The notes below the pieces were generated by a model that was not told where the DNA came from, did no database searches, and saw only the letters and a list, made by a program, of their open reading frames with translations. A stretch of DNA of 64,000 bases from Macrostomum lignano (taxonomy: Eukaryota): assembly GCA_002269645.1 (NCBI GenBank), contig NIVC01001022.1:124001-188000 (forward strand), written 5' to 3'. Made by a program: the position numbers and the translations under genes. This document shows positions 54,301 to 64,000 of the stretch, piece by piece (the first letter of the stretch is position 1; each line of letters starts with the position of its first letter).

Positions 54301-55442
54301 TTTCATGAAAACTTTAGAGGCAAGGCATCATTGAATCACAATTTCTAAATCTCTAATAAATAGGCCTAACTAAAAATCGAACTTTCTATTAGTCACTAGC
54401 AGTAACACTATAGTAAAAAACAGCATATAGTAAAAGAGACCATTCTAATCTTTAAGAAGTTGCACCCTAGCTAAAATATCACTGTCTATCTGTTCCTAGA
54501 TAGAAAAAAATGGATTCCACCTTGCACACAAGCTAGCCATGGTGGAAAGCAATAAGCGCAACTCCTGCAATCCTAATCATTTGTAACTATTATACTATGA
54601 TAATTCTGCGTCCAAAGATGACTTGACCCAACAATGTAAACTAATCTCATTTGCAGCAGGCCTAGCAATCTACATGTAATTAATGTATTGTAAAGAAGTT
54701 TATAGTAAAGAACCAGATTTTTACGTTTTACGAAAACGTTCGTTTTTATCGAACCTATGTTCTCATTCGAAAAATCGCACCAAGTTCTAGCTAAAATCTA
54801 CGCACTACAGTGGCACACTATAAAAATGTTCAAATGCAAAATCTTTTTATCAAAGAAAAGATTATACTTCAAAAAAGTACTAGACATTATTTTTTGGCCA
54901 CAGGATAAAGTAGAATCCCTCAAATTGCCACTTCGAATGTAAATACTTTTTTCGACGCGAATTCGAACTAAAGTCGAACTAACTTTTGCCACTGGGGGAG
55001 AGTCAGCTAGTGGAACAGTCGGACTCGCCTCACCTCCCGCTTTGCTCAACCTCGCAGCCGCCTCTGCGTGCACGCATTCTTCGGACCGCTGACTGACTAC
55101 GCCATGACGCAGTTCATTCCGTTCGCCTACCACAGCGCCATCCCCATTCTCACCTCCGGATCTGTGCACCATTCGTTCAGCAATAAAACTGAGACAACTT
55201 TAATTCGAGTGACTCCATTCGGCGCGCAGGACTTCGGTCACATGATTCAGCAGTTCATGCTGTGGCATCGATGGCTGCGGGTCGCCGTCATCTTCAAATG
55301 GCCAACTCACCGACCCGAGGGTGACATACCGGAGACGAGATCCGTTTGCACCTGCATCATGGACTGGTGCATCCGGCAGTCCAAGTCGGTTAATATCGAC
55401 TGCGTATTCGAGGTTGTGGGCTCCATGACCGCTGACCCATGA
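49122..55442 (+). CDS. ANF-receptor-type extracellular domain protein (receptor guanylyl cyclase/NPR-like), apparently truncated
   Basis: Exon 49122-49510 (signal peptide; [14 protein letters not shown]...IEPAYQLAW) splices in phase 2 to exon 55058-55442 ([15 protein letters not shown]...IPILTSGS...TLIRVTP...WLRVAVIF). No TM, kinase-like or cyclase exons were found. Confidence 0.7.
49530..50130 (+). repeat. 45-46-bp intronic minisatellite (GTAATACTAGAGGTAATTATCCTGTAGGTAAATAGGGCACTCACCT)
   Basis: About 13 units starting just after the exon 1 donor. Confidence 0.92.
50628..51367 (+). repeat. (GTCT)n / (GACA)n microsatellite
   Basis: About 740 bp, with GTCGGTCTGCCT variants. Confidence 0.96.
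52255..53000 (+). repeat. 15-bp minisatellite (GAGAGTCAGACAGGG)
   Basis: About 48 units. Confidence 0.94.
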
Positions 55443-56349
55443 CCGCGGGAAGAGCTGTGAGTGCACTATTGGTTGTTGTTGTAGCCTTGGCCAGATTGCC
55501 AGCATAGCCAGGCAAGGTGCTGGGTGTTGCGTCACTCGGTTCACGTTATGGCATTTCAACCGGGCTTGGGACCGGCTTTGGCGGAGTTTGCACTGTTCGT
55601 AACGTTCGTTTGAATGCACACCATTAGTTGAAGGTGTTCAGTGTGGGAAGTCTCATCTTTCGTGACTAGATGTTACCACTGGATCACACTGGGTTCCTGA
55701 GTTCTAGACCCTGGGTGGAGTTAATTCCTAATATATTGTTCGTATTCTAACCATTTTTTGCGTCTTTTTGTTACTACTGCCAGTAGAAACTATCCGATAT
55801 CTTAGAGTTTTTCTTGCTCTAAAGCAGAGCAAAGCCAAGTGAGAGAACGTACGCGGAAGAGGAAATTTATTTAAGCTTGCTGACGCGGTGTAAAATTTTA
55901 TTTATTTACAAATTTGAGAACAGTATCATGAAGGTTGAGTTTCCTGATTGTCATTATTATCGCCATCACCAAGTTTATCGATAAGTAAACCGACACTTTC
56001 AAGTTAATATTTAGCGGAAGTCACAGACTACTCAAGCAGGACTCTACTCTAACAAGTGATGTAATTCTAGCTTATGTAGCTTGCCCGGACGTCATTTCGC
56101 AGGTTTCATCTGGTGGATTTGGCTAAATTATCATTATCTGAGACCAACAGCGAAATTACTGGTCTTTTCTCTGAAATGAATAAATTGAAAATGGAAAATC
56201 TTCACTGCTGGAAAAATCCAATTTGCGCTGATAGAAAAGTCTGCTTGTTTCCTGCTTGTTTCCTGAAAGTTTATCCCTTCTATCTTGACGAAACTGTGGG
56301 AACAACTCAAGCCAAATATATACGTTCAGGTGGGATGTTTTCAATTTAG

Positions 56350-57092
56350 TCCTCCTACTGTAGCCTTGAACTGGGGTGCCATTGTCAGCTGAGTCCCACT
56401 ACTGTAGCCTTGAACTGTGGTGCCATTGTCAGTTGAGTCCCACTACTGTAGCCGTGAACTGGGGTGCCATTGTCAGCTGAGTCCTCATATTTCAAACTGG
56501 GCTGCCATTGTCAGCTGAGTCCTCATATTTCAAACTGGGCTGCCATTGTCAGCTGAGTCCTCATATTTCAAACTGGGCTGCCATTGTCAGCTGAGTCCTC
56601 ATATTTCAAACTGGGCTGCCATTGTCAGCTGAGTCCTCATATTTCAAACTGGGGTGCCATTGTCAGCTGAGTCCTCATATTTCAAACTGGGCTGCCATTG
56701 TCAGCTGAGTCCTCATATTTCAAACTGGGCTGCCATTGTCAGCTGAGTCCTCATATTTCAAACTGGGTTGCCATTGTCAGCTGAGTCCTCATATTTCAAA
56801 CTGGGCTGCCATTGTCAGCTGAGTCCTCATATTTCAAACTGGGCTGCCATTGTCAGCTGAGTCCTCATATTTCAAACTGGGCTGCCATTGTCAGCTGAGT
56901 CCTCATATTTCAAACTGGGCTGCCATTGTCAGCTGAGTCCTCATATTTCAAACTGGGTTGCCATTGTCAGCTGAGTCCTCATATTTCAAACTAGGCTGCC
57001 ATTGTCAGCTGAGTCCTCATATTTCAAACTAGGCTGCCATTGTCAGCTGAGTCCTCATATTTCAAACTGGGCTGCCATTGTCAGCTGAGTCC
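56350..57092 (-). repeat. 38-bp tandem array made of the DEG/ENaC gene's last codons, stop codon and first 3' UTR bases
   Basis: 16 units of GAGTCCTCATATTTCAAACTGGGCTGCCATTGTCAGCT at 56479-57086, plus 3 diverged units of about 41 bp. Confidence 0.95.
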
Positions 57093-59751
57093 AGCTGTCC
57101 CGGTGACAGCCTCGATAGTCTGACCGACTTGCTCTCCGTTGACGAAGACTTCTTGTGACCGTCAGTGGACAGCCGTCGGCAGAGCAGCTGCAGCAGCTGA
57201 AGTCCCAGATCAAGTAGCTCGACAACCCACACAAAGGTGAGGCCGATCCACATGGATAGCAGGCCGCCAACTTGGCTGAAAGTTGATGCCAAAGTTTGCA
57301 CCGGCTTCTCCGCAATCTGCGTCACTGAGAAATCTTTTCTAGTCACTTTCAGCGTGACAAAACTGTCGCTGATGAGGCCGAGCTGCTTCAGCAGAGAGCT
57401 GGCGTTGGCGGTGCTGTTAGGGATCAGCTGACGGACCTGCTCGTACATCTCGGCCAGCTGCCACTCCTGGCTGCTGAGCTCCGCACTCGAGTTGCTGTTC
57501 AGGTCCAGGTCCTTGTCCTTGGCCAGCTCATATTTGAAAATGTTGGCCAGCATTGACTCTCGAGGCCACTGCGACTGTGTCGTTGCTATCTGATAGGAGA
57601 AGTAGCTGCACGGCTCTCGGCAGCCGCTGTCAAAGTTGGCAAAGGCTCCCAGCATGCCGCATCGAGTCCGGTTGATGGCGCGCAACAGGCCGGAACTGCT
57701 GAAGTTTATCGTGTTGTCAGCGTCGAGGCTCTCGCAGACAGTCGGTTGAACCGACGAGATCGGGGCGTGCGGCAGCAGGAAGGCGAAGCTGCAGTTGCAG
57801 TCGGATTGAATTCGGCTGAGCAGGCTGAGCTTGTGGCAGGCTCTGCTGGTGTAGGCGAACAGCTTCTGATGGTTGCGGTGCTCCTGCTGCTGCTGCTGCT
57901 GTTGTTGGTTCTGGTTCGAATTCTGAGCACTGCTCGAGTCGGTTCCCTCGGTGTTGGCGATGTTGAGGTAACTAGGCGGGTTGGGGTCGCAGTTGCCGTA
58001 GGGTGGGCCGAGTCTGGTCCAGTTCAGGGTAGCGAATGTTACTTCGGTCAGGGTGCCGGGGTACACCTGGGTGGGGGCGGCGGTTGAGTTTGCTTAGCTA
58101 GAAGTTAAGGTCATTGCTGGCTGTGTTTAGTAGTATCTGATTTGTCTTTGAATTAATTTGTGTCTGGATTGATTTGTGTCTGGATTGCTTTGTGTCTGAA
58201 ATGATTTGTGTCTGAATTGGTTTGTGTCTGAATTGGTTTGTGTCTGGATTGCTTTGTGTCTGAAATAATTTGTGTCTGAATTGGTTTGTGTCTGAATTGG
58301 TTTGTGTCTGAATTGATTTGTGTCTGAAATGATTTGTGTCTGAATTGGTTTGTGTCTGAATTGGTTTGTGTCTGGATTGGGTTGTGTCTGAATTGGTTTG
58401 TGTCTGAATTGGTTTGTGTCTGAATTGATTTGTGTCTGAAATGATTTGTGTCTGAATTGGTTTGTGTCTGAATTGGTTTGTGTCTGGATTGGGTTGTGTC
58501 TGAATTGGTTTGTGTCTGGATTGGGTTGTGTCTGAATTGGTTTGTGTCTGGATTGGGTTGTGTCTGAATTGGTTTGTGTCTGAATTGATGCGGTGCCATA
58601 ACAAAACAGTTTTATAAAAAAGTTCACGTCAAGAATTTTCTTTGCACTGCACCCTTAGGCAATATAAATATGAAATCATTTAATATTCGTACGTCACAAC
58701 GGTAAAATTATTCCTATATCTGATAGCAACGCTCTCCCATAATTTGAGAACTACTCGACAGCTAATTAACTTATTCGACCGTGGACGCATCTGCGTGGAT
58801 TAGCACGAAATCCGAAATGGATGAATATTACATTGACCCGCAGCGGGGCAGCCAACGTACCGTAAATCCGTCTCTCTGCACGTCCGGGTAGGTGCCGTTT
58901 GGGTGCAGCACCACTGTGGCCCCCCTAGTCTGGCTGCTCACGTCCATCAGTACGCAATCGGAGCAGTCAAAGTTCAACTCGTGACCGAGGAACAGCCTCA
59001 GCTCCATCTCCACCACAGCGTCATTCTCGTGCTGCCGGTCAGCCATGTATGTATAGCAGTTCAACCTGTTCTGATCGTACACCTGCCGCCACCAGCCCAG
59101 GTGGTCGCATCTCGGACTATTCACCGGCGGCTCCTTGCCCGAGGTAGACGACTGCACAAGCAGGTAGCAGCTTCGGATCAGATCCTCCTTGGAGTGGCCC
59201 AGCTCGTGCGGATCCGAGCCCTTCGGCAGGTTGGCAAAGTAGGCATTGAAGGACAGCAGTCCGCTGATGTAATTTCTTAGATTTTCGGCGTCGCTCTTGG
59301 ATAAGTTGCCACCATTTGATGGATGCATTTGAGTCCGTCGTTTCCATGCCAACCGGAAGAAATCCCTGGGCCCCGGCCAGCCCCTCTGCCGCAACAGCCG
59401 ATGGCCCCGAAGACTAATTGGATTCTGATTACAGATCGTCACGGATGGAAACGCCGCGTCCGGTCGGATGGTGTGCACGGGCAGCTGCACTACGTCGTAG
59501 CTAAAGTACAGTCGGATGATGTAGTACAGGTTGACTAGACAGGCAGACATAAGCAAGCTCACGAAGACAATCCACAGAGCCTGCAGCTGCCTGTTGGCTT
59601 TGCTGGACACAATTCGGGGAATGCCTCTGAGGCTTGTGCCGTGGCAGAAGTGCAACAGGATGTCCTTGGCTGTCACCGAGGCTGCTCCGTCTCCGCAGTC
59701 GCCACCGCTAGCGCTGTCGCCGTCGACCGTGGCAACGAGAGGTCGCAGAGC
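57062..59751 (-). CDS. DEG/ENaC (amiloride-sensitive sodium channel family) subunit
   Basis: Exons 59751-58861 and 58066-57062 join as DGFT-VYPGT; TM1 LQALWIVFVSLLMS; FPSVTICNQNP; Cys-rich thumb domain; TM2 FSQVGGLLSMWIGLTF. Start exon uncertain (possibly MEEQ at about 59990). Confidence 0.9.
58140..58590 (+). repeat. 16-bp minisatellite (TGTGTCTGAATTGGTT) in the DEG/ENaC intron
   Basis: About 28 units. Confidence 0.94.
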
Positions 59752-60784
59752 CTGGGGACTGGTCCACAGGCGGTGACAGGTAGTGGCCGCAGTGTTGCCC
59801 GCCAGATTTGCTTCTTAGGGATTAGCGATCGACCTAATTATGGATTATGGACGCGATAAGACTGGCTTGGGAGGTTTGCCTCCAAAATGGCGCAGCTAAA
59901 TAGATGAGCTGCTGGAGCAGATCAGCTTGGCAGCCAATCAGAAGTCAGCTGAGAAGTGAGCTGCCCCTGCTGTGTCACTTGCTCCTCCATCGCTTCCGCT
60001 CTATCCCGTTCGATCCCTTGGGGCCGGGGCCGCCCCTCCTAGAGGACACCAGCTCGCCTTTCATCCCGGAGCAAAAACGCTTGGCGCGGGAGGTTCATTT
60101 TTTGAATCGATGACCCAGCCGGAGCCCTTATCTCGCTGGCTCTCCTCGGTTGAGGGGCCGTGGTAGAGATTCTCATTATCAGTATCCTTTTGTAGATAGA
60201 ATTTATGCCACGAGAATGAAGCCTCCCGAAGCGTCCATTAGAAATCCATACCATCTGATTAGCATTTAGTACTCACCCAGTGCTCCATTTCCTCCGCTAT
60301 GCCCGAATCGAAGGTGAAGCAGGCATTCTGACTGCCATGAACTGTATGAAAACCAGTGGAGAATTGTTTGGCTCCTTCTATCGACCAGCAACAACTGCTG
60401 TCCTTGACCTTATTAAAAAGTTATTCTTTCCAAAAATAACAATTGATTTATCGAGCGTCTCTCTCTAGTCCTTCAAGACTTAATTCAAGACTTAATTCGT
60501 CAAGACAAAAGCAATGCACGAAGTACCCGATGGGGAAATGCAAAGCCTAGCATGAATATTTCATGCAGTCTTGACTACTCACTCATGAGTCTTTAGGCAA
60601 TTCTGACTGATTGTCTCCATTTGTGACTCCATATTTTACTTAGCAACATCGACATCAATCATTTCTCTTAGACTTTAGCTGGTGATTGACGTCAGTAGTT
60701 GTTCATATGTCATTGATTCTGCTGGGCCACTTGAGGCTGAAAGGGGATCATGATGAGGCAGGTATAACGCAAGTTATAGTTATC

Positions 60785-61240
60785 TAGGGGGATTGTAGCC
60801 TAGAGCGTCGGATTCAGGGACGTCGCCATGGATTTTATGGTGGGGGGGGCAAAGCTAAGAATTCAACATGTACATGTACATGACTAAATTCCTACATTTC
60901 CATTAATTTGAGAATCGTGTTGTCAGCGCTCATTTTGGCGTCCAGAAGAAAAATTATTGATTACTACAACGGGTCACAAAGTGGGGGTGGGGGGGACAAA
61001 GCATTGGCATGTCCCCCCCAAAGCTTTTACTGGGGGGACATGTCCCCCCCTGTCCCCCCCCGGGGTAGCGACGCACCTGGTCGGGCTGACGACTAAGAGG
61101 TCGGGGGTTCGATTCCCGACCCACTTGGAATAATTTGTATCCTTGAGCAAGACACTTACATGTAACTCTGTATTTCTTCAATTCACCCAGCTGTAAAATG
61201 GGTGCCAGCATTAGCTGGGGTAATTGACGGTGCGTGTGGT
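60785..61240 (+). mobile_element. tRNA-derived SINE interrupted by a MITE
   Basis: A-box-like TAGCCTAGAG at about 60796; B box GGTTCGATTCC at 61106-61116; body motifs CCTTGAGCAAGACACTT and CACCCAGCTGTAAAATGGGT, typical of conserved metazoan SINE central domains. Confidence 0.65.
60815..61079. mobile_element. hAT-like MITE, 265 bp
   Basis: Imperfect TIRs CAGGGACGTCGCCA and TAGCGACGCACCTG; 8-bp flanks GTCGGATT and GTCGGGCT (6/8 match). Confidence 0.65.
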
Positions 61241-61614
61241 GACATTTATTTTACTTTTATACTTCAGAAAATTAGCGTTTTCTTTTTATTATCTTGTGTT
61301 TATCATAACTTGATCTACAAGTTTCTGAAGTTTAGAGAAAAAACTTGCAATCAGCGCCCCTCCCCGTTTGGGGAGGTAACAAAGATTGGAATCAAATTTT
61401 TCTGACCTCTTAGCAATTCTCCCGTAAGCCTTGACATCTCAGCAATTCCCCTTGAGAAGGCTTTGAAGCTGTGGAGCAGCAGCAAACTGTGATTGTCGTG
61501 TCTCATATGGCTGTCATCTGCCTGCCGCTTAAATCGCTACTGATCTAGCCTACTTATGTTAGTAATAAGAGTGAGTCATTCAATCCGAGATTCATTCCAT
61601 TCCCAAGTCTATTT

Positions 61615-61900
61615 CGTAAGCCCAGTCTCCCAAGTCCAGTCTCCCAAGTCCAGTCCCCCAACTCCAGTCTCCCAACTCCAGTCTCCCAAGCCCAGTCCCC
61701 CAACTCCAGTCTCCCAAGTCCAGTCTCCCAAGCCCAGTCTCCCAACTCCAGTCTCCCAACTCGTCTCCCAACTCCAGTCTCCCAAGCCTAGTCTCCCAAC
61801 TCCAGTCTCCCAAGCCCAGTCTCCCAACTCCAGTCTCCCAAGCCTAGTCTCCCAACTCCAGTCTCCCAAGTCCATTTCCGTAAGTCCAGTTTCCCAAGTC
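61615..61900 (+). repeat. About 14-bp minisatellite (CCAGTCTCCCAA(C/G)(T/C))
   Basis: About 20 units. Confidence 0.9.
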
Positions 61901-63273
61901 CAGTTTTTTAAGTGTTTAACTCCAGTACCACAACACCATTTTACGGAATCCAGTCCCTTGAATCTAGTTTCCTGAGTATTAGCTCCCTAGATCCAGTCCC
62001 CCAATTGCAGGACGTCTCTTAAGTCCAGGCCCTCATATCAGTTCCTGAATTCAGCCCCCTCAAGTTAGCTTCCTTTCCCAAAAGTCTACCTAAGTGTCAA
62101 TAACCTACTTAATCTGCTCCTCAAATGTGCTTGGAAGTTATTTTCTGGGAAATCTACAGACGGCCTGACTTCCTTATCATCTCAAACCATTAGTTTTGCC
62201 CCTTAAGATGATGCGATAAATTTCCTGACAGCCAGGGTGAGTTTCTGGCTTAGCAAAAGGATAGTGGAGGCTAAGGATTGATAGCCAGACGGTCGCAGAA
62301 GCATTACTCCACCACTCTTTTCTACTTAAGTGCTGAAAGCTTACTGCGTTTAATTTGTCAGTCTCAGGTGAATCAGGTGATAAAAGCGAAAGAAAAATTA
62401 TTGTTTCGATTCTGAAAAAAACTCCTAAACCAAGAGTAGGGTGCGTTTTAAACTCAGAAATTAGCTTCTTCTACATGTTTTTGCTTCGTCTTTCAACGGG
62501 CATTTTGACAAACGCAACCAATAATTTGATGTTTTCGAGCGGCAATGACTCAGCGAAATTCGTCTGCAAAATCTGACGGCAAAATTCTGAAAAGCGCGCA
62601 TTGAACTAATTACAGGGCTCCTTGTTGCGAAATTATAGGACAAGTAAATATCTACATCTAATCATCGTGCAGTTTCACTATCCTTCCATATAATCTTCCA
62701 TATCCTTCTATTGTGATAAACAGCTGAGTTAGAACAGAGAGGAATGGCTTTGACGCACATTCAAATTGGACGCCAGAAAAAAATTACGAAGTACTGAGAT
62801 TGAAATGCTTTCAGCGAGACAGTTTGGAAAAAGCTGTACACACATTTTTATCAAAGCATTAAGCCAGCCATATACCAATCGTTGAGCGCATCTTTTAGAT
62901 CACCACTCCCCTAGGCAACGAGATGACAAGACGGGCAGGCAAATTCGGTGTGACATCCTAACCCGCACGTTACAGTTCTTCAAGCGAAGCACTGGCTTGA
63001 TATAGCAGCATGCATGCAGAAGCATGTAGGAGTGCAACAAACTGAGTTGCTGAGGCACGACGGGCCCCTCATTGGCTCGCAGGCTGCCTTTTGAGGTCAC
63101 ACTGCGACGCGAGTGTAAGAGAAGAGAGTGCGAGGTTCCGAGAGAGAGAAAGGCAGAAAGAGAAGCAACCTCAGAAGCGTCACTTTAATAAACACTGGCA
63201 AATTGTCCTACCTGAAGCCGTCGAATTGTCTGACTTTTGTCGCTTCAATTCAAAGACTCGACGCACATACCTG

Positions 63274-64000
63274 ATGCCTTTGAAATCTGCGACGCCGCTG
63301 TTCCTATGGACGCCAATAGCTTTAGCGTTCGTTGCTATAGTGATGCCGTTTGAGGTCGCTTCCGCGTCCATTCCGATCAGGGAGCCTGCCAACGTTACCG
63401 CTCTAGTGCTGGCTTCAGACTACAATACTCAGCAAGAGGTGATGAGTCCGATTCAACTGCTCAGACCAGTGTTTCACGTGGCCAAGCAGCATCAACTGGT
63501 GCGCCAAGCATTGGCTGATCGAATCAATTTGCAAGAGGTCTACGTTGACTTCGGCTGCGAGCACAACGTGTCGCTGAAACAGATTATCAATTTAACTTGC
63601 GCCCAGAGAAGCAGCGGTAGGGAAACTTCCACTGAGCCGCGGTTCATTGTCGGAGTACCTTGTTCATATCCGATGAACAACGTCCAGCAGTACATGTTGC
63701 AGCCTACGGATGCCGTAGTATCTACGGGAGCAATTTCTAGCAATCTGGTCAACATGAAGCAGACTATTCGTATTGGAACTACCGCCGACGAGATCTATAA
63801 AGCCTTGCGCGCTTTCATTCGGAATCTCGGCCGATGGAGCGGGATGTTCTACGTCACGATGAACAACGTGATGACAAAGCGACTGCCGCATTACTATCTG
63901 GACTTTGTGCAGTGCAAACTCATCCAGCAGGCGCTCGATCATCATTTGAAACTCGAGCCAAGCTTCCGATACGAGTATGTCTACGTTGACTCGCTGATCG
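63274..64000 (+). CDS. Second ANF-receptor-type extracellular domain protein (receptor guanylyl cyclase-like); runs off the right edge
   Basis: Not in the ORF track because no stop occurs before the window end. Open frame from ATG 63274: signal peptide MPLKSATPLFLWTPIALAFVAIV..., NVTALVL...SPIQLLRPVFHVA...YVDFGC...FIVGVPCSYP...VVSTGA...TIRIG...FIRNLGRW. Confidence 0.72.
   Translation, partial: MPLKSATPLFLWTPIALAFVAIVMPFEVASASIPIREPANVTALVLASDYNTQQEVMSPIQLLRPVFHVAKQHQLVRQALADRINLQEVYVDFGCEHNVSLKQIINLTCAQRSSGRETSTEPRFIVGVPCSYPMNNVQQYMLQPTDAVVSTGAISSNLVNMKQTIRIGTTADEIYKALRAFIRNLGRWSGMFYVTMNNVMTKRLPHYYLDFVQCKLIQQALDHHLKLEPSFRYEYVYVDSLI

Noticed and set aside
61080-61125. tRNA gene
   Set aside because: No acceptor-stem closure; it continues into a SINE body and its 5' half is split by a MITE.

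Overview
Eukaryotic (animal) genomic DNA with spliceosomal GT-AG introns. The gene style and minisatellite-filled introns resemble the free-living flatworm Macrostomum, but that is inference only. Seven host genes are visible: (1) a type II membrane M1 aminopeptidase on the minus strand (11 exons traced, running off the left edge); (2) NUF2; (3) TRAPPC4; (4) a Tudor-like plus BAH chromatin reader of the BAHCC1/TNRC18/winged-eye type; (5, 6) two genes with ANF-receptor-type extracellular domains (receptor guanylyl cyclase-like); (7) a DEG/ENaC channel lying between those two. One 12-kb aminopeptidase intron holds a full-length BEL/Pao LTR retrotransposon, into which a Ty3/Gypsy element is inserted in opposite orientation; both have identical LTR pairs and 5-bp TSDs. 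There is also a decayed FLYWCH-MULE transposon fused to a Merlin transposase tail, two MITE-like elements, a tRNA-derived SINE and about 20 micro/minisatellites. I found no CRISPR array or prokaryote-type system. The most unusual signals are: a Gypsy copy whose 5' gag is replaced by a 277-bp integrase-side duplicate joined exactly at base 18 of the PBS; a GC-AG intron made of stop-free, in-frame microsatellite; several intronic arrays built from splice-site-like or U1-like motifs; the MULE-Merlin chimera; and a 3' UTR built from tandem copies of its own gene's last codons. All coordinates were read by hand and may be off by a few bases.
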